Assembly: GCA_030428865.1 (NCBI GenBank)
Contig: JAUIEK010000009.1
Location: 4,876-68,875 of the forward strand
Length of the DNA stretch: 64,000 nucleotides
From: Bacteroidia bacterium
GTDB lineage: Bacteria; Bacteroidota; Bacteroidia; Flavobacteriales; Flavobacteriaceae
Direction of reading: 5' to 3'
Part shown: one piece after another, positions 15,690 to 25,231 of the stretch
Layout of the letters: each line of letters begins with the position of its first letter
Numbering within the stretch: position 1 is the stretch's first letter
The notes under the pieces: generated by a model
Databases searched by the model: none
What the model saw: the letters and a program-made list of their open reading frames with translations, nothing else
Told to the model about the DNA's origin: nothing
Translations under genes and position numbers: made by a program

Positions 15690-18662
15690 TTATTCAATAA
15701 TAATTTTCTTGTTCACAGACTTACCAGCAGTATCTAACTTTATAATGTAAATACCTGTATCTATGTTAGGAATACTTATATCATTTACAGAATTGCCTTC
15801 AAAAGAAATATTAAATACTTGTTGTCCAATAGTATTATACAAGCTGATATTAGTCGTTCCATTTTGTAAACCAACAACTCTTATGTTATTACTGCTGGTT
15901 TGGTAAATACTTAAATTATTTGTATCTAAATCATCCCCTGAACTTAAAACTCCTTGGTTTACGTGAAGATAAAAGCGACCGATACCATTTGTGTTTACAT
16001 TTATATTAGTATCATATTTTTCAACTTCGTTTAAATTGATAAACGTTCCTGCTTCTTTATCTTCTAGATATATATTATATCCATTAGGAAGGTTTGCTAT
16101 ATTTATAGAAAAGCTAATTTTGCCAGAATTATTAACATCAACACCTATAGGAATTATCATATTCTCATAATCAGAGTTTGGAAGCGATTGAATACCTAAC
16201 CTCTTTCCTTCTCCATCAGCAACAGCATGTGTGTAGAATGAAAAACTTTCATTTACACCAGAAAAGATAGAACTATCGTATCCATTATCAAATCCTGTTG
16301 TTGCTCCGTCAATAAAATAAATCTTAGTACTTCTTGTTATAGATCCATTTGTGGCAATCAATTCAATTTTTGCTTTTTCGGTTTCAGTATTATTTCTTTG
16401 AAATGAATCTGTTTGATGTGACTGCATTGCCTCAGTTATACTTAATGTATTTGCTCCATTGGAGTTCACAAAAAAACCTTGGCCTGGTGCAATATAGAAT
16501 GCTTCTGATGCTTGATTTATTTGATCGTAAGAAGAGGTTGATTGATTCCAGCACCAAAGAGTAGCTTCGGTAAGTAAATCAGAATCAATATCGTTTAATC
16601 TTAGGATATTATTTATGCCATCAGCACTATCATTAACAGCAATGTAAGATGGGTAAGGATTTCCTATGGCATTAAATCCGTTTATGTTTGAGGTAATGGA
16701 GATACCAATATCTGAAGTAGGGATAGTTCCTGTAAAAGAAATATTACCAGCTGAAGCTAATTTTACAGCATAACCTGTTCCAGAATTTACTGCTCCAGTA
16801 GAAGCTGCTGTAGAGTAATTCCAGTTAGTTCCATCATTAGCATAAGTAGAAATACCAATGTTACTACCAGTACCTGTATCAAAAGTATGATTTGCAATTA
16901 AATCTTCTATTGTTTCTCCAACAACAGGAGAAGAAACCAAATACCAGTTATTTGTAGCTAATACTCTTGTATATGTTACATTACCAGATGCAGTACCAGA
17001 AACTCTTAAAGAACCTCCACTAGCAATAGATAAGCCATCTGGTTCTGTTATCATAATGTCGTTGACTTCTGCACCAGTAGAAGCGCTAATAATTGGAGCA
17101 TTTATAACATCTGGAATAATCGCGTTTAAAGAACTCGTTGGTATACCATTGCTCCAGTTGCCTAAAGTTGCCCAATCTGTACCACTTGAACCCGTCCAAG
17201 TTGTTGCTAAAGAGATGTCAAAATCTTCGATTCTCCAAAGTTCTGTTGATCCACCACCTGTTCCCGTTGAAGTATAACGAAAAGCAAAAACCACAGCAGT
17301 ACCAGCAATACCAGATACATCTACATTACCAGAACTTGTACTTGTTTGTGAATCTGATGCTGGCCAAGTAGGACTTAAACTACTATTCCAACTAGTTGTT
17401 GATGGATCTCCTGTATAATTTGTTGTGTATAAAAATTCAATTTGTGGGCTAGAAGCATCAGCAAATCGAGTCCAACTGTTAAACGTTAAAACCTCACCTG
17501 TTTGAGCATCCATGTTAAATGATGGGCTGATTAAATAATCATCAGCAGCGCCTGAAGAATCAAAAGCATTCGCTTCAAAGTATCCGCTACCACAAGTCCA
17601 TTCCAGTTCTGCGCCTACAGTAGCTACTGTCCAATTTTGAGTGTTACAATCAGAAAAATCTTCATTGTAAGGAATAGAAGCTATAGGAAGCTCATCATCA
17701 GTTATTGTTACTGTATGTTGACTAGTTCCTAAATCTGCAGTGCCAGAAGAAACAGTAATGTTTAGAACTACTGTTTCATTATCACTATCAGCATCATTAT
17801 TGATATCTAGAGAGATGTTTTGAGTTCCGTTTGCATTGAAAACTAAAGAAGTTGTATTTAAAGTATAATCTCCACCTTCAGCAGTACTAGAACCATCAAC
17901 CGTAATACTTATAGTAACTGGAGCATCATGATTTGTAAATGTAACTGGGATATTTGCGCTAAAAGTGATATCTGTTTCGTTTTCAAAACTTGAGGCTGAA
18001 TCAAAGCTCACGGTAGGATTAGAAGCATCTGTAACAACAAGTGCTGTGGTATCGAAAGTTTGACCTGACCCAGAAGTAGTCCATTGAGCTGAATTATAAA
18101 TATTAATCAAATGCCCTGTTTTATTATTGCTAGTTCTTACTCCTGAATAAACACCATTGTCTCCGCCAAAATAAACAGCATTAGTACCTAAAGTTAACCC
18201 TGTACCTGTTAATGTTCCAGCATCACCACTATCTTCCCCCGCAAACCCTAAAATAGTATATGTTCCTGTATTGTATACGTTAGTAGAGGTTTGATAAATA
18301 TAAACACCATCACCACTATTACTTAAAGTGATATTACCTGCTCTTTGGGTTACAACTCCTCCATTCGACATAGTATCAGAATTGGCATCGTAAGTAAAAA
18401 CAGTGCCTGCAGTTATTGAAGGTGTTACCCACTCGTAAAAACCTTCTCCAGAGTTGAAAGATGAGCCATTCCATTCATCATCCGTGATGAATACTGATTG
18501 ACCAGAGGGTATGTCTGCTAATGCAACTAGAAGGATTTCTTCATTATCTACACCCACACCAATGATTGCTATATCTCCAGCAGATAAAGTTTGAGCATTT
18601 AAGTTGATGTTGCATAAAAACATCAATGGTAGTACGAATTTTAAAAAGTAATTTTTTTTCAT
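15690..18662 (-). CDS. large secreted surface protein with a T9SS C-terminal sorting domain
   Basis: Signal peptide ending NAQT. Calx-beta-like segment (GGDYTLNTTSLVFNANGTQNISLDINNDADSDNETVVLNI). Ser/Thr/Gly/Asn-rich beta-repeat regions. The C-terminal ~80 aa (ISLYNTIGQQV...GIYIIKLDTAGKSVNKKIIIE) are typical of Por/T9SS CTDs. Confidence 0.85.
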   Translation of the reverse strand: MKKNYFLKFVLPLMFLCNINLNAQTLSAGDIAIIGVGVDNEEILLVALADIPSGQSVFITDDEWNGSSFNSGEGFYEWVTPSITAGTVFTYDANSDTMSNGGVVTQRAGNITLSNSGDGVYIYQTSTNVYNTGTYTILGFAGEDSGDAGTLTGTGLTLGTNAVYFGGDNGVYSGVRTSNNKTGHLINIYNSAQWTTSGSGQTFDTTALVVTDASNPTVSFDSASSFENETDITFSANIPVTFTNHDAPVTISITVDGSSTAEGGDYTLNTTSLVFNANGTQNISLDINNDADSDNETVVLNITVSSGTADLGTSQHTVTITDDELPIASIPYNEDFSDCNTQNWTVATVGAELEWTCGSGYFEANAFDSSGAADDYLISPSFNMDAQTGEVLTFNSWTRFADASSPQIEFLYTTNYTGDPSTTSWNSSLSPTWPASDSQTSTSSGNVDVSGIAGTAVVFAFRYTSTGTGGGSTELWRIEDFDISLATTWTGSSGTDWATLGNWSNGIPTSSLNAIIPDVINAPIISASTGAEVNDIMITEPDGLSIASGGSLRVSGTASGNVTYTRVLATNNWYLVSSPVVGETIEDLIANHTFDTGTGSNIGISTYANDGTNWNYSTAASTGAVNSGTGYAVKLASAGNISFTGTIPTSDIGISITSNINGFNAIGNPYPSYIAVNDSADGINNILRLNDIDSDLLTEATLWCWNQSTSSYDQINQASEAFYIAPGQGFFVNSNGANTLSITEAMQSHQTDSFQRNNTETEKAKIELIATNGSITRSTKIYFIDGATTGFDNGYDSSIFSGVNESFSFYTHAVADGEGKRLGIQSLPNSDYENMIIPIGVDVNNSGKISFSINIANLPNGYNIYLEDKEAGTFINLNEVEKYDTNINVNTNGIGRFYLHVNQGVLSSGDDLDTNNLSIYQTSSNNIRVVGLQNGTTNISLYNTIGQQVFNISFEGNSVNDISIPNIDTGIYIIKLDTAGKSVNKKIIIE

Positions 18663-18710
18663 AATTTTTTATTGCTAATAATTTATTCCCCTAAAAAAGT
18701 GGTCAAACTT

Positions 18711-18740
18711 AAAAAAAAGTATTTGCCCATAAAATGGGCA
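18711..18740 (-). terminator. candidate intrinsic terminator downstream of trkH
   Basis: 7-bp stem, tgcccat (18724-18730) with atgggca (18734-18740). On the minus strand a T8 run (complement of 18711-18718) follows a few nt later. Confidence 0.45.
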
Positions 18741-18772
18741 TTTTAAAACTTTACTTAAGCTTAACTTTTCCT

Positions 18773-20272
18773 TTACGCTCTACGCCAAAAAGAAGGAGAA
18801 AACAAGATAAGAACGGTAAATAATTCGAGTCTACCTATTAGCATTAAGAAAGAGCAAAACCATTTAGCTCCGGTTGATAAATGTGCGAAATTATCTACAG
18901 GACTTACGCTACCAATTGCCGGACCAATATTTCCTAAACTAGAAGCTGCTGCGCCCATTGCAGAGATAAAATCAAGACCAAAAAATGTGAGAATAACAGA
19001 AGAGGTCATGAAGATGAGCATGTAGATTACAAAAAAAGACAGAATATTAAATACAATGTGTTGCTTGATAGCTTTCCCGTTGTATCTAACAGGAATAATT
19101 GCATTTGGGTGTAAGGATTTTTTAAATTCTAAAAAGCTGTTTTTTAGCATTATAATGTGTCTCATTACCTTAATACCTCCACTTGTAGAGCCCGCAGATC
19201 CTCCTAAAAAGAATAAAGCAAAGAAAATACCAGAAGCAAAAAAACTCCACATGGTAAAATCTGCGGATACAAAGCCTGTTGTAGTAATAACAGAAATCAC
19301 TTGAAATAAAGCATGCCGGATAGCACTTTCTGTTTCTCCAAAAACTTTAGGATGCTCAATTGAAGTTTGTAAAGTTGGTTCTTGAAAAAACAGAATGATA
19401 ATGGCAATAATACTTGTAATGCTAAGGATAGCGAAAACATAATATCTAAACTCTTCGCTTTCTATTACTTTTCTAACTTTTCCTTTCAAAGCAAAATAAG
19501 TTAGCACAAAGTTTGTGCCTGCAATGAACATGAAAAAGATGACAATGTATTGAATAATTGGGAAGTTGTTATAATGAGCTAAGCTAGCATTTTTAGTAGA
19601 AAACCCACCAGTACTAACAGTAGCCATTGCATGATTGATAGCATCAAACCAAGTCATTCCTGCTATTTTTAGCAAGAAAAATTCGGCAAATGTTAAAACA
19701 ACATAAATTAACCATAACCGCTTGGCTGTTTCCGTTATTCTTGGATGTAATTTATCTGCAGAAGGACCAGGCGCTTCAGCAGAGAATAACTGCATGCCTC
19801 CAATACCCAATAATGGAAGAATAGCAATGGTAAGCACAATAATTCCCATACCGCCGATCCAATGTGTAGCACTTCGCCAAAAGAGAATACCTTTGGGCAT
19901 TGATTCTATATTGTTTAGAATAGAAGAACCTGTAGTAGAATATCCAGAAATTGTTTCAAACAAAGCATCTGTTATATTTGGTATTGTGTCCGAGAGAAGA
20001 TATGGTAAACAGCCTGTGAAACTCAATGTTAACCAACCTAGAGTAACTATTAAATAACCTTCTTTACGCTGAATATTTGTGCTTTTGGGTTTATTTAATA
20101 CATATAATAAAAAGCCAATAATAACTGTAATAGTGCCTGCTCCTAATATACCCCATTGTGCTTCTTCATCATAATACCAGCTAAAAGGATAGGCTATAAA
20201 CATAAAAAAGCCATTTAAGATAGCAGTGAGCCCTAAAAAGCGTAGTATGATTTGTTGGTTTAAGCTTTGCAT
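18773..20272 (-). CDS. trkH: Trk/Ktr-type potassium uptake protein, membrane subunit
   Basis: 499-aa polytopic protein with repeated pore-loop-like GGF/GGS segments, adjacent to trkA. Confidence 0.9.
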   Translation of the reverse strand: MQSLNQQIILRFLGLTAILNGFFMFIAYPFSWYYDEEAQWGILGAGTITVIIGFLLYVLNKPKSTNIQRKEGYLIVTLGWLTLSFTGCLPYLLSDTIPNITDALFETISGYSTTGSSILNNIESMPKGILFWRSATHWIGGMGIIVLTIAILPLLGIGGMQLFSAEAPGPSADKLHPRITETAKRLWLIYVVLTFAEFFLLKIAGMTWFDAINHAMATVSTGGFSTKNASLAHYNNFPIIQYIVIFFMFIAGTNFVLTYFALKGKVRKVIESEEFRYYVFAILSITSIIAIIILFFQEPTLQTSIEHPKVFGETESAIRHALFQVISVITTTGFVSADFTMWSFFASGIFFALFFLGGSAGSTSGGIKVMRHIIMLKNSFLEFKKSLHPNAIIPVRYNGKAIKQHIVFNILSFFVIYMLIFMTSSVILTFFGLDFISAMGAAASSLGNIGPAIGSVSPVDNFAHLSTGAKWFCSFLMLIGRLELFTVLILFSPSFWRRA

Positions 20273-21619
20273 TTAGTTAAATAGTTCTTCTACTATAGCA
20301 ATAGCTTCGGGTAAACAAAAAATGATGGCTTTATCTCCGCTTTGAATTTGAAAATCTCCAAAAGACATCATAGCTTCTCCATTTCGTATAATCCCTCCAA
20401 AAACAGCTTCTCTTGGAAAGCGTAAATCCCGAATTGGTTTTTCGGTGACTTTTGCGCCTGGCTGAACTTCAAACTCAAAAACTTCAGCATCTATATTGTG
20501 TAAGTTAACTAACTCAATAACCTTTCCTTTTCTTATGTGTTTAAAAATATTACTAGCGGCAATGAGTTTTTTATTAACGAGTGTTTCTACACCAATGGTT
20601 TGAGAAATATCTATGTAGTCCATCTTTTCAACCAGTGCAATTGTCCTTTTTACACCTTTGGACTTTGCTACTAAGCAGGACATAATGTTGGTTTCGGAGT
20701 TACCTGTAACAGCAACAAAAGCATCCATTTCTCTAATATTTTCTTGCTCTAGTAATTCTAAATCTCTACCGTCACCATTAATTACTAATGTATCGATCAA
20801 CTCTTCAGCTAGAAGTAATGATTTTTCTTTGTCTTGCTCAATTAGTGAAACTCGAAAATTTTCTTTACAAAGATTTCTCGCAGTTTTAGAACCAACGCTA
20901 CTTCCACCTAAAACCATCACATTTTTGATGTTCAATTGCTTTTTACCAAGTAATTCATTTAGACTATTAACGCTGTACTTAGGAACAGAAAAATAGACCT
21001 GATCATTTACTTCAAAACGAATATCACCTCTGGGAATGATCGTTTGGGTGCTACCTTCTCTTTTTATGGCAATGATGATAAAATCAATTTTAGAAAACCG
21101 TTCTTTTGCTTCTCTTACAGTTAGATCTACAATGGGCGATTTGTAACTGAGCGTAGCTCCTAAAATGTTAAAAAGACCATTTTCAAACTCAACAGTATCA
21201 TTAAAAGAAGATTGATAAAGAAGCATTTTAATTTCTTCAGCAGCTAGCTCTTCTGGAGAGATCATAAAATCGACTCCTAGCTTTTTAAAATCAATTTCTT
21301 GACTATCTAGATATTCAGGGTTTTTAATACGGGCAATGGTTTTCTTGGCGCCTAAGTGCTTACCAATAACAGAAATGGCAATATTTGTATTTTGCGATTC
21401 CGTTACAGCAATAAGTAAATCAGCGGAATCAATTCCGATTTCTTTTAATAATTTAATAGATGTAGCATCTCCTTTTTTGGTAATTACATCTAGGTAGTTA
21501 TTAATATAATCCAGCTTGTCTGCATCAAAATCAATAATGTAGGTGTCCTGAGATTCGTAAGAGAGTAATTTAGCCAAATGAAATCCAACATCTCCCGCGC
21601 CCGCTATGATTATCTTCAT
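20273..21619 (-). CDS. trkA: Trk system potassium uptake protein, NAD-binding subunit
   Basis: Two tandem RCK/TrkA-N modules: MKIIIAGAGDVGFHLA and a second VMVLGGSSVGSKTA. 448 aa. Confidence 0.9.
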   Translation of the reverse strand: MKIIIAGAGDVGFHLAKLLSYESQDTYIIDFDADKLDYINNYLDVITKKGDATSIKLLKEIGIDSADLLIAVTESQNTNIAISVIGKHLGAKKTIARIKNPEYLDSQEIDFKKLGVDFMISPEELAAEEIKMLLYQSSFNDTVEFENGLFNILGATLSYKSPIVDLTVREAKERFSKIDFIIIAIKREGSTQTIIPRGDIRFEVNDQVYFSVPKYSVNSLNELLGKKQLNIKNVMVLGGSSVGSKTARNLCKENFRVSLIEQDKEKSLLLAEELIDTLVINGDGRDLELLEQENIREMDAFVAVTGNSETNIMSCLVAKSKGVKRTIALVEKMDYIDISQTIGVETLVNKKLIAASNIFKHIRKGKVIELVNLHNIDAEVFEFEVQPGAKVTEKPIRDLRFPREAVFGGIIRNGEAMMSFGDFQIQSGDKAIIFCLPEAIAIVEELFN

Positions 21620-21729
21620 ATGATTGAATCAAAAAAGTACTACAAAGATATAAACTTGCTTATTAGAAACAAAGAATAAAAAAATAGGCTTATTTATAAG
21701 CTATTTTGTACTTTTCTTAAAAATAGATA

Positions 21730-22416
21730 ATGAAAAAAATGACTATAAAAACATGGGCTCTAGACGATAGACCTAGGGAAAAACTCATTGAAAAAGGACA
21801 ACAATCACTTTCTGATGCAGAACTTATAGCAATTCTTATTGGTTCTGGGAATCAAGAAGAAACAGCCGTTGATTTATCTAAAAGGATACTTGCAAGTGTT
21901 GATAATAGAATTCAAGACTTGGCAAAACTCACAATAAATCAATTGATGCAATTTAGAGGAATAGGAGAGGCAAAAGCAGTGAGTATTATTACAGCTCTAG
22001 AGCTTGGAAAAAGAAGACAAACTGAATTGGCAAAAGTTAGAAAGACAGTTACATCTAGCCAAGATGTTTATGAGCTTATGGAACCTTTGTTAAGAGATTT
22101 AGCTCATGAAGAATTTTGGGTTTTGTATCTAAATAATTCTAACAAAGTACTGTTAAAAGAACAAATTAGTAAAGGCGGTATTACAGCTACGTTAGTAGAT
22201 ATTCGCTTGTTGTATAAAAGAGCGTTGGAACTTTCTGCAGTAGGACTTATATTATGTCATAATCATCCTTCAGGGAAAATACAACCGAGTCAATCTGATA
22301 AAAATTTAACAGAAAAAATTAATGGAGCAGGAGCTTCTTTAGATATTAAGCTGTTAGATCATTTAATAGTAACTGAAAAATCTTATTTTAGCTTTGCTGA
22401 TGAAGGCTTGATTTAA
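21730..22416 (+). CDS. radC: RadC-family JAB/MPN domain protein
   Basis: N-terminal HhH region (DRPREKL, LSDAELIAILIGSG) and the JAB motif HNHPSG. Confidence 0.85.
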   Translation: MKKMTIKTWALDDRPREKLIEKGQQSLSDAELIAILIGSGNQEETAVDLSKRILASVDNRIQDLAKLTINQLMQFRGIGEAKAVSIITALELGKRRQTELAKVRKTVTSSQDVYELMEPLLRDLAHEEFWVLYLNNSNKVLLKEQISKGGITATLVDIRLLYKRALELSAVGLILCHNHPSGKIQPSQSDKNLTEKINGAGASLDIKLLDHLIVTEKSYFSFADEGLI

Positions 22417-22426
22417 GTTATTAAGA

Positions 22427-23731
22427 TTGGTTTTAGTATATACACATAAAATTACACCTAGATTACGGTATATTTTTAAGCATATTTTTACGCGTATTCT
22501 AGATTTAGAAGTTGATTTTACTGATAAAGTTCAAAGTTTTGTTGCACATAACGGACCTAAGCTTTCCTATACAAAAAACGCCTTAGGAACCGAGTTTTTT
22601 ATACGGTCTTCCGATTTACTTTTTGAACAGGGCATTACGGACATTGATATAAATATTGCAGGTTGGGATGATCTGCCTTGTTTTTTTTATGTAGGAGGAA
22701 AAAGTGCTATTCCGTTTGATATTTTTGCAGCAAGTTTTTATCTAATAACTCGATATGAAGAATATCAGCCTCATGTAAAAGATATTCATGGTCGTTTTAC
22801 AGCAAAACAAAGTATAGCCTACAAAGCACGTTTTTTAGAAAAACCATTAATAGATATTTGGGCTTATAAGTTTCTAAAAATCTTACAGAGTAAATTTAAT
22901 AAAATAGAATTGCCAGATAGAAATTTCACATTTTTATCAACCATAGATATAGATAACGTGTTTGCTTATAAACAGAAAAGTATTATTCGATCTATTGCAG
23001 GATTTACACATGATCTTTTTCGACTAAAATTCAAACCTTTTTTTTATAGAGCACTCGTTTTATCAAAAATATTGAAAGATCCTTATGATACTTTTCAAGA
23101 GCTATTAAGGTTGCAGAAGAAGTATAATATTGAATCATTATTTTTCTTTTTGATAGGAAACTATACTACTTATGATACAAATATTTCTACTTCTAAAGCG
23201 AAGTTTAGGTTATTAATTAAACACATTGCAGATTTTTCGCGAGTTGGACTTCATCCTTCTTACTTTACTATGGATGATATTGATTTGTTGAAAAAAGAAA
23301 AAGAACGCTTGGAGTTAATCACAAACATTCCCGTATCATGCTCGCGTCAGCATTATCTTCGTTTGAGCTTGCCAGAAACATATCAAAACCTTATTGATTT
23401 GGAAATCTATGAAGATTATTCTATGGGGTATGCCAGTCACGTTGGTTTTAGAGCAAGTACTTGTATTCCGTTTTACTTTTATGATTTGGAGTTTGAAATT
23501 CAAACACCACTAAAAGTTTATCCTTTTGCTTTGATGGATACTACATTGAACGATTATATGAAATTAACACCTAAACAATCTGTAGGAAAAGTAGGAGAAC
23601 TTTTGCAACAAGTGAAATCTGTAGGAGGAACATTTATTACACTTTTCCATAACGAAAGTTTGAGCAATTATGGAAGATGGAGAGGATGGTCTCGATTATA
23701 TGAAGCGATGTTAAAGAAAGTAACTCAATAA
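22427..23731 (+). CDS. conserved hypothetical, polysaccharide deacetylase-like protein (TTG start)
   Basis: The N-terminus VLVYTHKITPRLRYIFKHIF resembles a conserved Bacteroidota family usually annotated as polysaccharide deacetylase family. This assignment rests on memory only. Confidence 0.45.
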   Translation: MVLVYTHKITPRLRYIFKHIFTRILDLEVDFTDKVQSFVAHNGPKLSYTKNALGTEFFIRSSDLLFEQGITDIDINIAGWDDLPCFFYVGGKSAIPFDIFAASFYLITRYEEYQPHVKDIHGRFTAKQSIAYKARFLEKPLIDIWAYKFLKILQSKFNKIELPDRNFTFLSTIDIDNVFAYKQKSIIRSIAGFTHDLFRLKFKPFFYRALVLSKILKDPYDTFQELLRLQKKYNIESLFFFLIGNYTTYDTNISTSKAKFRLLIKHIADFSRVGLHPSYFTMDDIDLLKKEKERLELITNIPVSCSRQHYLRLSLPETYQNLIDLEIYEDYSMGYASHVGFRASTCIPFYFYDLEFEIQTPLKVYPFALMDTTLNDYMKLTPKQSVGKVGELLQQVKSVGGTFITLFHNESLSNYGRWRGWSRLYEAMLKKVTQ

Positions 23732-24630
23732 TGATTATTTTTTTAGAAAGAGAGCAGATAGATGTAAATGCTTATGATACTTGTGTAACAAACTCTATTC
23801 ATTCTGAAATTTATGCGCTTTCTTGGTATTTAGATATAACAACAAATAATTCTTGGTGCGTTCTTGTTTTAGATAATTATAAAGCTGTAATGCCGCTTCC
23901 TTACAGAAAAAAAATAGGAATTCGTTATGTATACCAACCGTTCTGGAGTTTGCAACTAGGAGTTTTCTCTTCAAAAAAAATAGATATTAGCATCTTTATA
24001 AAAGAAATAAAAAAACATTTTTCTTACGCAGAGTTGCGTTTAAATCCAGGAAATTCTGAATTTAAACTACATGGTAATTTTGAAAATAAAACCAAACAGG
24101 TTTTAAAGGTTTCTAAGCATTTTAGTATAGATCAATTTCGAAAAGATCGGAAAAAAGATTTGAGAAAAGCTGCTGAAAGTAATTTGATTTTTAAAAGAAC
24201 TACCTCATCAGTTAACTTGATTAAACTTTATAAGCGAAGTATCGGAAAAAGAATACAGAAGTTATCAGCATCAGATTATATAAATTTAGAAAATTTAATT
24301 TGTGCTTGTTTAAGTACAGAAAAAGGAGTTGTTTTTGAGGTATATGCTGATAAAGAAGTGGTTGCTGCAGCATTTGTTTTGCTATATAAAAATAAAGCTA
24401 CGATTCTTGCATCTGCCACCGATTTGCAAAACAGAAGTAATGGAGCAAATACTTTTTTGCTTACTCAGATTATAAATTACTATAAAAACCAGATTATAGA
24501 GTTTGATTTTGGAGGATCTTCTATTCCTTCTATAGCATCATATTTTAAAAGCTTTGGAGCAGAAACGATTAACTATCTTTTTTTAAAAATTAATAATTTG
24601 CCTTTTCCCATTAAACTTTTTAAAAAGTAG
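23731..24630 (+). CDS. GNAT/FemAB-like acyltransferase-fold protein (tentative)
   Basis: 299-aa ORF whose start overlaps the upstream stop (ATGA). The resemblance to FemAB-like GNAT proteins is weak and not verified. Confidence 0.4.
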   Translation: MIIFLEREQIDVNAYDTCVTNSIHSEIYALSWYLDITTNNSWCVLVLDNYKAVMPLPYRKKIGIRYVYQPFWSLQLGVFSSKKIDISIFIKEIKKHFSYAELRLNPGNSEFKLHGNFENKTKQVLKVSKHFSIDQFRKDRKKDLRKAAESNLIFKRTTSSVNLIKLYKRSIGKRIQKLSASDYINLENLICACLSTEKGVVFEVYADKEVVAAAFVLLYKNKATILASATDLQNRSNGANTFLLTQIINYYKNQIIEFDFGGSSIPSIASYFKSFGAETINYLFLKINNLPFPIKLFKK

Positions 24631-25231
24631 ATTTCACAAATTCTTGAAATTTTTCAGGAAGCTTTTTATTAAATGTAATCAAATTTAAATCTTGATTATA
24701 AGGTTCTTTCTTCTTGATTACTTTGCAAGGATTTCCCACGGCTATTGAGTTTGAAGGGATATCTGAAGAAACTAAAGAATTGGCTCCAATAACAACGTTG
24801 TTTCCTATTGTAACTTCTGGAAGAATAGTGGTATTTGCTCCAATCCAAACATGATTGCCAATCGTAATTTTTTTAGATGTGGAGTGTTTGCTTAAATCTT
24901 CTAAATTATGATTGGCAGAAATAATAGAAACTCCGGGTCCTAACTCTACGTTAGAACCAAAATCAATTCCATTAATTGCTTGAATGTAATTATTGATATT
25001 ATCTCCAGGATCACATAAAATTCCTTTTGAAATGTTGTTTGGAGCGATCACTTTAGAAGTGAAATGAACAGGCCATTTTACTTTAGGATTCAGTCTGAAA
25101 ATTTTTTGAGGAATCCAGTAATGAAAAAATAAAATATAGTAACGTTGATAGCCCGATTTAGGTCTGTAATATTGTGGATATAACCAATTAATTAAGCGTC
25201 CAAAAATAAGAAAGTCTAATCGGGTTAGCAT
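24620..25231 (-). CDS. hexapeptide-repeat (left-handed beta-helix) O-acetyltransferase
   Basis: Hexapeptide repeats: GNHVWIGANTTILPEVTIGNNVVIGANSLVSSDIPSNSIAVGNPCKVI. Confidence 0.8.
   Translation of the reverse strand: MLTRLDFLIFGRLINWLYPQYYRPKSGYQRYYILFFHYWIPQKIFRLNPKVKWPVHFTSKVIAPNNISKGILCDPGDNINNYIQAINGIDFGSNVELGPGVSIISANHNLEDLSKHSTSKKITIGNHVWIGANTTILPEVTIGNNVVIGANSLVSSDIPSNSIAVGNPCKVIKKKEPYNQDLNLITFNKKLPEKFQEFVKSTF

Noticed and set aside
16349-17371. Plus-strand ORFs 16349-16564, 17056-17277 and 17138-17371
   Set aside because: They are antisense to the 990-aa T9SS cargo gene, and two of them overlap each other. They are shadow ORFs in a repetitive Ser/Thr/Gly-rich coding region.
19056-20996. 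Plus-strand ORFs 19056-19304, 19722-20057 and 20658-20996
   Set aside because: They are antisense to trkH and trkA, both confidently identified.
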